Positions 23,762-32,427 of a stretch of 64,000 nucleotides of DNA are shown here, piece after piece (within the stretch, counting starts at the first letter, position 1; every line of letters starts with the position of its first letter). A program made the translations under genes and the position numbers. Where the stretch lies: NCBI GenBank assembly GCA_038321865.1, contig JBBQFH010000015.1:1-64000 (forward strand). The letters are read 5' to 3'. Source of the DNA: Gemmatimonadales bacterium (GTDB lineage Bacteria > Gemmatimonadota > Gemmatimonadetes > Gemmatimonadales > GWC2-71-9). A model generated the notes under the pieces. The model worked only from the letters and a program-made list of their open reading frames with translations. It was not told the DNA's origin and did not search any database.

Positions 23762-24484
23762 ATGGCAAGAAAAGATCAACTTCGCGGGCAGCGCACAGGG
23801 ACAATTATCAACGTTACGTCGTTGGCCCAAGAGTCCGACGTGATGCGTGCACTCGGCCTCGTCGTTACGCACCTACAGGCCAAGTTCGGGGCTAAAGTCG
23901 TACTGGTTCTCGAAAAACAATGGCTACTCAAGAACATTGTATCCGAGCTGCGCCAAAGCTATCCCGACATGGATTTCCATTATCATTTTGAAAACACCTC
24001 CATCCGACCGGACGGCGGATTCCTCTACATCAAGGGCCTTCCTGGCGACAAGTTGACCTATCCAATCCTGATTACTGAAGTGAAGAACCAAGGGACGAAC
24101 GACCTGCGCGCTCAAGAGGGGCTGGCGAAGCAAGCCAGAGGGAACGCGATTGAGCGACTAGGCAAGAACCTAGTCGGGTTACGGACCGCCCTCATGCGTG
24201 AAACAATCTTCCCGTTCGTGTGCTTCGGTTACGGATGCGACTTTGAAGACACCTCGTCCATACTTGATCGCGTTTCCACGATGGCAATGTTCGGCAAGCT
24301 GAATACGACTCACCTCCACAACGAAGAAGGCGGCAAGTTCAACCGTGGAAGCTTCTATTTCCGGTCTGAGAAGTGGACGGTGGACGAAATGGCCGTCGTT
24401 ATGCGAGATATCGCGGAACGTTCCGTCCTGTACTACTTCTCCAAGTATCGGGAGGACCATTTCTTACAACCCGCTGACGCCTAG
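23762..24484 (+). CDS. EcoRI-family type II restriction endonuclease
   Basis: IRPDGG...EVKNQG (PD..ExK) and GNAIER, matching EcoRI catalytic and recognition segments; directly downstream of the MTase. Confidence 0.85.
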   Translation: MARKDQLRGQRTGTIINVTSLAQESDVMRALGLVVTHLQAKFGAKVVLVLEKQWLLKNIVSELRQSYPDMDFHYHFENTSIRPDGGFLYIKGLPGDKLTYPILITEVKNQGTNDLRAQEGLAKQARGNAIERLGKNLVGLRTALMRETIFPFVCFGYGCDFEDTSSILDRVSTMAMFGKLNTTHLHNEEGGKFNRGSFYFRSEKWTVDEMAVVMRDIAERSVLYYFSKYREDHFLQPADA

Positions 24485-24517
24485 CCCCCGTGTAACAAGT
24501 CAAATGGGGCCACTACC

Positions 24518-24526
24518 CGCTCGCGA
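24518..24526 (+). repeat. Target-site duplication, right copy (CGCTCGCGA)
   Basis: Identical to 19321-19329. Confidence 0.95.
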
Positions 24527-25111
24527 CATACATGAGCATCTACAACGACCTGTACTGGGTGCTGCCGGACCAGGACCTCGACGTCGTCCTGCGCCTCGGG
24601 CCGTCGTCGTTCGACGACGATCGCGCCTCCTGGGCCATCGTAATGGCCCAGATCCATGCATTGCGAGGCGATGCCGCGCGTACGCGGATCTACGCCGACT
24701 CGGCCCGCCTGGGGTTCGCCGACCAGTTAAAGACGAGCCCCCAGGACGCGCAGCTCCACGTGCTGTATGGTTTCAGCCTCGCCTATCTGGGCCGCAAGGC
24801 GGAAGCGATCGCCGAGGGCGAACGCGGTGTCGCGCTCAAGCCGACGACCATGGACGCGGTCACCGGCGCCTATCTGGCCCATCAGCTCGTCCGTATCTAC
24901 CTGCTCGTCGGCGAGCAGGAGAAGGCGCTCGACGGGATCGAGGCGCTGATGAAGCTGCGCTACTTCCTGTCACCGGGGTACCTGCGGATCGACCCGGGTT
25001 TCGCGCCGCTCCGGAACAACCCGCGCTTCCAGAAGCTGACTTCGGCGAGCTAGCCGGCGCCGGCTGCGGCCCGGTACTGACGTGCCGAACGACGATCGCT
25101 TCATCGCCGGG

Positions 25112-25795
25112 TCAGAGCTTCACATCCACGACCACCGGCCGGTGGTCCGACACCCCCGCCCACTCCGCGAACCCGCCCACCGTCACCGCCTGCACCCTCC
25201 ACCCCGCCGGCACGAAGCAGTAGTCGAGGTGAAACGGATGCGCCTCGTTCCACTGCCAGTAGTAGGTGGGCTCTGGCTCCTCCCCCTGCTTCACCCCCCG
25301 CGCCAGATGATACGCGCTCACCAGCCCGAACTCCTCCGCCAGCCGGGCCACCACGCGCGAGTGGTCCACCGGCCGGCTGGCCCGGTCCCAGATGGCGTTG
25401 CTGTTGAGGTCGCCGGCGAGGACGACCGGGCGGCCCGCCATCCAGTTCCGCGCCCGCCTGAGGTCGGCCGCGAGGCCGGCGATGTAGCCATGCGATTGGT
25501 GGGTCCAGACGGCGAGGAGCCCGAAGGCGGCCCGGCCGCCGATCTCCGCCGCCCGGCAGGCGACCAGCCCCCTGGGGCCGGCGCTCGGCCGGACGGTGTA
25601 GCCGTTCCGGGTGACGATGGCGACGCCGTATCGGCCGTTGATCGGCAACCATACGGCGTCGTCGGTCGGCGACACCTCGGCCGGCCGCGCCGCCTCCTGC
25701 AGGATGAGCACGTCGGCGCCGAGTAATGCCGCCGCCGCCACCTTCTTCTCGAACGGCCCGCGGCAGCAGTTCCAGGTGGCGATGCGGATGCGGAG
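25112..25795 (-). CDS. Endonuclease/exonuclease/phosphatase (EEP) family protein; start uncertain
   Basis: LRIRIATWN, LQE, LAGDLN, HLDYCF and SDHRPV motifs. The N-terminal motif lies upstream of the tracked GTG at 25741. Confidence 0.85.
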   Translation of the reverse strand, partial: LRIRIATWNCCRGPFEKKVAAAALLGADVLILQEAARPAEVSPTDDAVWLPINGRYGVAIVTRNGYTVRPSAGPRGLVACRAAEIGGRAAFGLLAVWTHQSHGYIAGLAADLRRARNWMAGRPVVLAGDLNSNAIWDRASRPVDHSRVVARLAEEFGLVSAYHLARGVKQGEEPEPTYYWQWNEAHPFHLDYCFVPAGWRVQAVTVGGFAEWAGVSDHRPVVVDVKL

Positions 25796-25836
25796 CTCTC
25801 GAGAGGGTGGGACCGAAAGCTACGAGCCCGGAAGGG

Positions 25837-26529
25837 TCATCGCGAGGAGCCTCGGCACGCGACCGTCTTCGGGTGCCCCGCCCCGAGCTCACGCTCGAAG
25901 ATCGCCAGCGCGTCGGCATGAAGCGCCGCCGCCTCGGCGGCGTCACCCAGGCGCCGGCGGACGACAGCGAGATTATGCAGACTCACCGCCAGATCCGGAT
26001 GCCCCGCCCCCAGCGTCGCGGTCTTGATCGCGACCGCTCGGCGCAGCAGTTCCTCCGCTTCATCGATTCGCCCGCGCCGTTCGTACTGCGCGCCGAGATC
26101 GTTGAGCGCCACCGCGATCTCGACGGCGTTCTCCACCGGCGCGCACTCGAGCACCTCGAGCGCCTCGGCGTAGAGCCCCTCCGCCTCGTCGTACCGCTCC
26201 AACCCGTCGAGAATTGCCGCCAGCGCCACCTGATCCGCCGCGATCTCGCGGGGATCGGCACCGGACGCGAGACGGATCGCCAGGCCGCGGCGCGCCGGCG
26301 CTTCGCCCGCCGCGAAGTCACCAGCGGCGTGCGCGATCCCGCCGAGGTTGTGGTAGAGGGTGGCAATGGCCGATGGGGGCGGGTCCACGACGCGCTCGAG
26401 GAGGGCGAGGGCACGCTGATAGTGCGCCCTGCCCTCCTCGAACTGGCCCGCATCCTTGCACCGAAGCCCCCGGGCGTTGAGCGCGGCCGCGAGCGCCAGA
26501 TCGCCCGGCAGATCGGCCTCGCCCGGCAC
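25837..26529 (-). CDS. Tetratricopeptide repeat protein (kinesin-light-chain-like long TPRs)
   Basis: Repeats such as ATLYHNLGGI, AVALNDLGAQY and HPDLAVSLHNLA. Confidence 0.85.
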   Translation of the reverse strand: MPGEADLPGDLALAAALNARGLRCKDAGQFEEGRAHYQRALALLERVVDPPPSAIATLYHNLGGIAHAAGDFAAGEAPARRGLAIRLASGADPREIAADQVALAAILDGLERYDEAEGLYAEALEVLECAPVENAVEIAVALNDLGAQYERRGRIDEAEELLRRAVAIKTATLGAGHPDLAVSLHNLAVVRRRLGDAAEAAALHADALAIFERELGAGHPKTVACRGSSR

Positions 26530-26546
26530 GGCGGTGCGCGCCGGTG

Positions 26547-26729
26547 CTACCAGCCGGTCAGCATCGTCTCGTTGCGGTTGGACGAGAGCCGGGGCGTGAT
26601 CCGTTGCTCCAGCTCCTCGACGGTGAGCTCGATCGCTTCGCCGTCGAGGCCGGTGGCGGTCTTTACCTGACTCTTCTGTTCGCTGCTGAGCGGCAGCCGC
26701 ACGAGCGCGCCTGATTCGGGAGTGTGCAT
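26547..26729 (-). CDS. 60-aa peptide, candidate precursor or signalling peptide
   Basis: GAGGT RBS; ...EAIELTVEELEQRITPRLSSNRNETMLTGW; ends 17 nt before the TPR gene. Confidence 0.7.
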   Translation of the reverse strand: MHTPESGALVRLPLSSEQKSQVKTATGLDGEAIELTVEELEQRITPRLSSNRNETMLTGW

Positions 26730-26813
26730 CGGTACCTCAGGTCAATGGTTAAGCGATCGCCGGCGCCCGCAATCCATAATGCGTGGCCCGGGTCGACAAC
26801 GCCAGTTTCGGCC

Positions 26814-26921
26814 CGTCATTCCGAGCGCAGCGAGGAATCTGCCCCGCCCACCCCGACCATGGCGTCGCCAGCGATTCTCCGCCATGTCCGACCCAGATTC
26901 CTCGCTGCGCCCGGAATGACG
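26814..26921. repeat. REPIN-like inverted pair 1 (CGTCATTCCGAGCGCAGCGAGGAATCTG ... inverse)
   Basis: Arms at 26814-26841 and 26894-26921, one mismatch. Confidence 0.9.
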
Positions 26922-26931
26922 GAGGACCGCC

Positions 26932-27165
26932 CTAACTCGAGCGCTTGCGCGTGCTCTTCTTCGCGGCCTTCCGGGGCACCTTTGCCCCCTTCTTCCGCGC
27001 CTCGGACAGCCCGATGGCAATCGCCTGCGCGCGGCTCTTCACCTTGCTCCCCTTGCCGCCTTTCCCGCTCCTGAGGGTGCCGCTCTTCTCGCGGTGCACC
27101 GCGCTCTTGACGCTCTTGGCGGCCGCCTTCCCGTACTTGCGAGTCGCTCCCTTTTTGGCCGGCAC
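26932..27165 (-). CDS. DUF6496-like small basic protein
   Basis: HREKSGTLRSG...KVKSRAQAIAIGLSEAR motif. Confidence 0.8.
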   Translation of the reverse strand: MPAKKGATRKYGKAAAKSVKSAVHREKSGTLRSGKGGKGSKVKSRAQAIAIGLSEARKKGAKVPRKAAKKSTRKRSS

Positions 27166-27293
27166 GTGACCTCCCTGGTGAGATGTACGGAGCTGCGAGG
27201 ACGGGAGCTACGGTGGGCAACCAACCGGTGGTGGGCGGTGCGGAGTGTCACGCCGCGCAATGAGGTGAAGAGCGGCGCGCGCTGCCCCCGCCC

Positions 27294-27335
27294 CGTCATT
27301 CCGAGCGCAGCGAGGAATCCAGGTCGGGCATGACG
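27294..27335. repeat. Single REP-like arm with truncated partner
   Basis: CGTCATTCCGAGCGCAGCGAGGAATC followed by ...GGGCATGACG; just downstream of the GIY-YIG gene. Confidence 0.85.
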
Positions 27336-27355
27336 GACGCCGGCTCGTGGCGCGA

Positions 27356-27664
27356 TCAGGCCTTCGCATTCTCCTCCCCGGACACGCCCACCCAGTCCCG
27401 AGCAAGATCCAGCCACCCCGCATTCACAGTTTCGATCAGCGTCACCTTCTTCGCGCGCGTCCACCGCTTGATCTCCTTCTCCCGCGCGATCGCCGACCTG
27501 ACGCTCGGCGTCTCCTCGAAATACACCAGCCGATTGATCCGATACCGCGCCACATGCGACCCGCACGCGTGCCGGTGCTCCAGCAGCCGGCGGGCGAGAT
27601 CGCGGGTCACGCCGACATAGAGTGAGCGGGATCGGCTGGCGAGGATGTAGACGTAGTAGCGCAC
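27356..27664 (-). CDS. Stand-alone GIY-YIG nuclease
   Basis: YYVYIL...LYVGVT..L..R..EH...LVYFE...AIAREKEIKRW.RAKK..LIE..N..W.DL; probable GTG start at 27664. Confidence 0.9.
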   Translation of the reverse strand: MRYYVYILASRSRSLYVGVTRDLARRLLEHRHACGSHVARYRINRLVYFEETPSVRSAIAREKEIKRWTRAKKVTLIETVNAGWLDLARDWVGVSGEENAKA

Positions 27665-27790
27665 CCGGTAGTGTGCCGACCGGCCCACAACTGAAACGCA
27701 AATGTCACCGAGGTAGCGTAGCGCAATCCTTGCCCTTCTTCGCGGCGCGACGGGCCACACCTCAACCGCGCCCCCACCTCACCAGCGCCC

Positions 27791-27940
27791 TCGCCTTCGC
27801 CCCGCCTTCGCCTTCGCCGCCCTTCGCCGCCCTTCGCCGCCCTTCGCCTTCGCGCGCCCGCTGCGTCAACCGCGCCTCCCCCCCCCATCAGCCGGGCCCC
27901 GCCCCGTCAGCCGCGCCCGCCCCGTCAGCCGCGCCCGCCC
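27791..27940. repeat. Short tandem repeats: CCTTCGCCGC x3 and an 18-nt GCCCGCCCCGTCAGCCGC unit
   Basis: Perfect 10-mers at 27811-27840; CCCGTCA units repeated up to the REP arm at 27941. Confidence 0.8.
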
Positions 27941-28048
27941 CGTCATTCCGAGCGCAGCGAGGAATCTGCTCCGCCCAGCTCGACCATCGCGTGACGAGCC
28001 GGGGTCCGCCGTGTCCGAGCCAGATTCCTCGCTTCGCTCGGAATGACG
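27941..28048. repeat. REPIN-like inverted pair 2
   Basis: Arms at 27941-27968 and 28021-28048. Confidence 0.9.
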
Positions 28049-28150
28049 GACGGGGGGTGGGGAATGACGGACGGGGGTTGGGCATGACGGACGGGGGGTC
28101 GGAATGTCGGCCGAGAGGTCGGAATGATGGCGGGGGAGCGGATGACTGAG
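28040..28150 (+). repeat. About six decaying ~20-nt tandem copies of the REP end (GGAATGACGGACGGGGGGT)
   Basis: Units start near 28040, 28061, 28081, 28101, 28121 and 28140. Confidence 0.8.
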
Positions 28151-28203
28151 GGGCGACTCTCGGAACGCCGGGGCGCACATGCCCGAATCTCTGCAGTGCC
28201 TCG

Positions 28204-30861
28204 TCAGCGCGCCGCCTCCCAGTGTTCCACCCACACCACTCGCGGGATCGTCTCCGCCCCATTCTCCCGCCGCGGGCTCAGGAAGATGAACCGTCCGTCC
28301 GGCGTCACGTCGAACGACTGGTGAAACCCGTCCAGCCGGAATCCGCTCGCGTCGAACAGGACGTCCACGCCGGAGACGCCAAACTCCGCTCCGCCGTTCA
28401 GATGCGCCGCGTTCATCCGCTTGGCGCCGTCGAGAAAGAACAGCGTCTTCCCGTCGCGCGACCAGCGCGGCTCGGAGCCGCCGTTGACCGACACCTGCCA
28501 GCGCGCCGTCGAGGTGTTGGGGAACGGCCGCACGTACAGCTCGAGGTTCCCTGACTCATTGGAGGCATACGCCAGCCAGCGTCCGTCCGGCGAAATCGCC
28601 GGCGTGAGCTCGGTGAACGGGCTCGCCACCAGGGGTACCGGCGTCGTGTCTCCCGTCAGCCGGACGCCGATCAGGTCGCCGGCACCGGTCGTGGCGTTGT
28701 CGGTGCGAAGAACGAGCCAGTTGCCGTCGGGCGACCAGACGATCTCCTGCGGCTGCACGGCGATCCGCGCCAGCAGCCGATCCGGGCTGCTCCCGTCGGC
28801 GGCCCGCGCCATGACGATGCTGGTGGTCCCGGTGTCCCTGATGAAAGCGACGGTCCGCCCGTCAGGCGACCAGGAGGGTCGCCGGTCGCGGCCGCCGAAG
28901 CTCAGCCGCGTGACCGGCCCACGATCGAGCTGCTTGATCCAGATGTTGAGGTCACCGACCCTGGCGCCCATCCCCAGCGCCACCCGTCCACCGTCCGGCG
29001 AGAGCGCGAGCGAGCTCGACGCGCCGTACCAGGCGGTATCGATCGGCGTCGCGGCGCCCGCGCTCGTGACCCGCACCGCCATGTTGAGCGAGCTGTTGGC
29101 GCCGCCCCGCACGTAGACCAGCGTGCCCGTGGACGAGGCGGCCAGGAGCGCGTAGCCGTTTCCGACCTGCACGCCGTTCATCACCGGCGTCCCCTGACCC
29201 CTGACCTCCAGCCGCTCGAGATCGAAGCCGGTGACCAGCGCGGTGCCGTCCCGCCGCACGTAGAGCAGCTGCCCGCTTCCCACGTACATCGCCGTCGCAA
29301 CGTCCGGCAGCAGGAGCTTCTGCTTCCCGGTACGAAGATCGAGCGCGTACATCGCCATCGTGATGCAGCCGGAGGTGCAGCCCTGGAAGAGCACGCCGCG
29401 CGATTTCGGCAATGAGACCGGCATTCCCAGGCCCCGCCCGCCGAGCCCCGAATCGCCGAACGCCACCGTCACCGCGCCCCCGGCCGAGCTCACCCGGCGG
29501 AGCTGATCGATCTGCGGAGAGGCATAGATCAGCGTGCCGTCATCGAGCCAGGCGGCACCGCCGTAGCCGCCGGCGGCCGAATCGGCGATAGTGGTCGCCG
29601 CGCCGCCGCCGACGCTGATCTTCTTGAGCTGGCCGTCGGCGACAAAGGCGATCCAGGCACCGTCGGGCGAGAACGTGGGGTTCTGCGCCCGCTCGGTGCC
29701 GGGCAGCGGGACCGGCTCAAGCTGGTCGCGACGCTTGAGCCAGAGGCCGCGGCTCGGAGTCGCGTCGCGGTAGACCAGCATTGAGCCATCAGGTGACAGC
29801 GCGATCGACGGCACGGTGGTGAGCGGTGCGGTGCTGTCGCCGAGGAGCACGATGTTGCGGGACACGACGGCGCCGGCCGTCGAGGGACGCCGCCAGGCCC
29901 AGGCGGCAAAGGCGAGTGACGCGATCGCCACGACGGCGAGTCCGGCCATCAGCCCCGAGCGAATGCCGGGTGCGGCGGCCATGCTGCCGTGCGCCACGCT
30001 CGCCCGCGATCCCGTCGTCCCCCGCCCGCGGAGCCCCTCGGCGAACTCCGCGGCGCTGGCGAACCGGTCGGCCGGCAGCTTCTCCAGCGCCGTGAGCACG
30101 GCGGCTTCGATGGCGGGCGAAATGCTCTTTCGCTGCGGAATCAGCCGGCGTGGTTCCTCGGTCATCACCCGCGCCACGATCGCCTGCGCCGTGGAGCCGG
30201 TGAACGGCGGGTCCCCCGTCAGCATCTCGTAGGTGATGCAGCCCAGCGCGTAGACGTCGGAGCGCGCCGTGATCTCGCGCTCCCCCATCGCCTGCTCGGG
30301 GCTCATGTAGTGCGGCGTACCGAGACTCATCCCGGTCTCGGTCATCCGGCTGCCGCCCGCCTTGCTGGCGGCGAGGGCGATGCCGAAGTCGGCCACCAGC
30401 GCCGACCCGTCGTGCAGGAGGATGTTCTCCGGCTTGATGTCGCGGTGGATCACGCCGTGGCGATGGGCATAGTCCAGCGCGCTCGCGGTTTCGGTCGCGA
30501 TCCGCATCGCGTCGGGCACCGGCAGCTGCTTCTCGCGGCTGAGCCGGTCGCGCAGACTCTCGCCCTCGACGTAGGGCATGACGTAGAAGAGGTAGGAATC
30601 GGCGGCGCCCGAGTCGTGCAGCGGCAGGATGTGCGGATGCTGGAGATTGGCCGTGGTCCGGATCTCGGCCAGGAACCGCTCGGCGCCGATCACGGCCGCG
30701 AGCTCCGGCCGGAGCACCTTGACCGCGACCTTCCGGTCGTGCTTCAGGTCATGCGCGAGATAGACGGTGGCCATCCCGCCCGCCCCGAGCTCGCGCTCGA
30801 GGCGATAACGATCGGCCAGCGCGGCGCTCAGGCGGGCAGGCGCGCGGTCGGCGGCATCCAC
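28204..30861 (-). CDS. K8: Ser/Thr kinase-TM-beta-propeller
   Basis: 885-aa ORF; kinase domain nearly identical to K6; SPDG repeats. Confidence 0.93.
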   Translation of the reverse strand: MDAADRAPARLSAALADRYRLERELGAGGMATVYLAHDLKHDRKVAVKVLRPELAAVIGAERFLAEIRTTANLQHPHILPLHDSGAADSYLFYVMPYVEGESLRDRLSREKQLPVPDAMRIATETASALDYAHRHGVIHRDIKPENILLHDGSALVADFGIALAASKAGGSRMTETGMSLGTPHYMSPEQAMGEREITARSDVYALGCITYEMLTGDPPFTGSTAQAIVARVMTEEPRRLIPQRKSISPAIEAAVLTALEKLPADRFASAAEFAEGLRGRGTTGSRASVAHGSMAAAPGIRSGLMAGLAVVAIASLAFAAWAWRRPSTAGAVVSRNIVLLGDSTAPLTTVPSIALSPDGSMLVYRDATPSRGLWLKRRDQLEPVPLPGTERAQNPTFSPDGAWIAFVADGQLKKISVGGGAATTIADSAAGGYGGAAWLDDGTLIYASPQIDQLRRVSSAGGAVTVAFGDSGLGGRGLGMPVSLPKSRGVLFQGCTSGCITMAMYALDLRTGKQKLLLPDVATAMYVGSGQLLYVRRDGTALVTGFDLERLEVRGQGTPVMNGVQVGNGYALLAASSTGTLVYVRGGANSSLNMAVRVTSAGAATPIDTAWYGASSSLALSPDGGRVALGMGARVGDLNIWIKQLDRGPVTRLSFGGRDRRPSWSPDGRTVAFIRDTGTTSIVMARAADGSSPDRLLARIAVQPQEIVWSPDGNWLVLRTDNATTGAGDLIGVRLTGDTTPVPLVASPFTELTPAISPDGRWLAYASNESGNLELYVRPFPNTSTARWQVSVNGGSEPRWSRDGKTLFFLDGAKRMNAAHLNGGAEFGVSGVDVLFDASGFRLDGFHQSFDVTPDGRFIFLSPRRENGAETIPRVVWVEHWEAAR

Positions 30862-30875
30862 GCCGTCGGACTCTT

Positions 30876-32276
30876 TCAGCTGGCCGGCTCCACCAGGAAC
30901 TGCTCGATCCGCCCGTCCGGTACCGTGAACGTCGACAGGTTGACCCGCTTGCCACTGGCGAATTCCACCGCGAATCCCCGATAGGTCATGCCGCCGCGAT
31001 CGAACTTCGCCGTTTCCTTCAGCGAGGCGACGGCACCGAAGGGCGCGAGACTGATGCGGTAGTCCGCGATGGCCTGTGCATCGAAGTAGAAGTTGGCGTT
31101 GGCGGTGAAGCGCGAGCGGTCGATCCGGCCGTGCTGCAGGCCGGCGAGGACGTCACGCGCCCACGCTTCGCCCGCGCTGTCGCTGGTCGAGACCGCACCG
31201 GGCAGCACCATCGCCCCGATCGCGCGCGCGATCATGCCCGCGGCCGGGCTCGCCTCCTGATTGGTGAACACGACCACGGCGATCTTGTCATCGGGAAAGA
31301 CGTAGTCGGCGGCGACGAATCCACCCACCTCACCGCCGTGCGAGACCAGGCGGTGCCCATTCACCGCACCGACGCTGAAGCCCAGCCCGTAATTGCTCGT
31401 CTTTCCGTTCTTGAGCTTGGTGGGCGCTTCCATGTCGGCGTACGACGCGGACGAGAGCAGCGTCTGGTTCATCACCGAGATGTCCCAGGTGAGCAGGTCA
31501 CCGACCGGCATCGCTATCTCGCCATCGGCGAAATACCAGCCCGGCGCCTCCATGAGGGCCGGGCGCAACGGACCGAGCGCGTGGCGGAAGTAGCCGGTCG
31601 GCTCCAGCAGGTTGTGCTGGGTGTCGAGGTCGATGGTGTTGCGGAGACCGAGCGGCTGGAGCACGCGACTCTGGAGAAATTGCCAGAAGGGCTGGCCGGA
31701 CACCTTCTCGACGATTAGGCCCGCGATGTTGTAGTTCGTGTTGCTGTACTGGTACTGCGTGCCGGGATCGAAGTCGAGTGGTTTGGTCGCCCAGTCGTGC
31801 ACGATCTTCTGTGCCGTGGTCGCCTGGGTCCAGTCGGGAATCGTGTAGTCCTGCGGCGCGTAATCCTCGTAGCCCGACGTATGGGACATCAGGTTACGCA
31901 GCGTCACTTCACTGGCCCGGGTTAGCTCGGGCAGCCAGGTAGACACCGGCTGGTCGATGGAGAGCTTTCCCTCCTGTTGCAGCAGCAGGACCGCGGCCAC
32001 GGTGAACTGCTTGCTGATCGACCCGATGGCATAGTGCATCTCGGGCCGCGCCGCCATCGCCGGCGAGAGCCGGGCGTGACCGAACGCCCGCACGTAGACG
32101 ATGTGCCCATCGCGCACGATCCCCACCGAGGCGCTCGGCACCTGGGTGGTGCGAATCACGTCGTTCACGGCGGCCGCGACCCGGGCCGAGAGCTCGGGCG
32201 ACAGCGAATCGACGGCCTGGGCGCCGGCGGCGGCAGGAAGCAGCGACGCCAGCATGGCGGCCGCGAAACGCGTCAC
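30876..32276 (-). CDS. Secreted serine hydrolase, beta-lactamase/AmpC-like family
   Basis: Signal peptide; GSISKQF (SxxK), YSN and HGG motifs. Confidence 0.88.
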   Translation of the reverse strand: MTRFAAAMLASLLPAAAGAQAVDSLSPELSARVAAAVNDVIRTTQVPSASVGIVRDGHIVYVRAFGHARLSPAMAARPEMHYAIGSISKQFTVAAVLLLQQEGKLSIDQPVSTWLPELTRASEVTLRNLMSHTSGYEDYAPQDYTIPDWTQATTAQKIVHDWATKPLDFDPGTQYQYSNTNYNIAGLIVEKVSGQPFWQFLQSRVLQPLGLRNTIDLDTQHNLLEPTGYFRHALGPLRPALMEAPGWYFADGEIAMPVGDLLTWDISVMNQTLLSSASYADMEAPTKLKNGKTSNYGLGFSVGAVNGHRLVSHGGEVGGFVAADYVFPDDKIAVVVFTNQEASPAAGMIARAIGAMVLPGAVSTSDSAGEAWARDVLAGLQHGRIDRSRFTANANFYFDAQAIADYRISLAPFGAVASLKETAKFDRGGMTYRGFAVEFASGKRVNLSTFTVPDGRIEQFLVEPAS

Positions 32277-32427
32277 GGCGAGACGGCGAGACGGCGGAAG
32301 ACCATCGGGAGCTCCGGAATGGGAAGCGAGACGGTAGTGGTCCGCCAGGTGGCGGACCCACGCCTACAGTCTACGCCGTGCCGGGCGGCTTCGCGAGGCG
32401 GGGGTCACCCCGCGACTCCGCTCTCGG

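Larger units (their letters stand above)
19330..24517. mobile_element. IS1-family cargo transposon (5,188 bp) carrying TA, P63C and restriction-modification genes
   Basis: Left end GGTAGTGGCCCTATTTGA; right end reverse-complement GGTAGTGGCCCCATTTGA (17/18 match); 9-bp TSD; internal IS1-type DDE transposase; visibly more AT-rich than the flanks. Confidence 0.95.
17235..25053 (+). pseudogene. K7: Ser/Thr kinase-TM-TolB-N-like-TPR gene interrupted by the transposon (parts 17235-19329 and 24527-25053)
   Basis: Removing 19330-24526 gives ...GTG ACG CTC GCG ACA TAC ATG AGC ATC TAC... (VTLATYMSIY), in frame, ending LRNNPRFQKL like the other TPR kinases. Probable CTG start at 17235 after AAGGA. Confidence 0.92.

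Noticed and set aside
19330..24517. Apparent absence of GAATTC inside the element as restriction-site avoidance
   Set aside because: The segment is too short for the absence to mean anything, and it was scanned only by eye.
24532..25053. 173-aa ORF as an independent gene
   Set aside because: It is the in-frame C-terminus of K7 beyond the transposon.
26814..28150. CRISPR array or integron attC sites
   Set aside because: The repeats are inverted pairs with related spacers and irregular spacing; no cas or integrase gene; no attC core motifs recognised.
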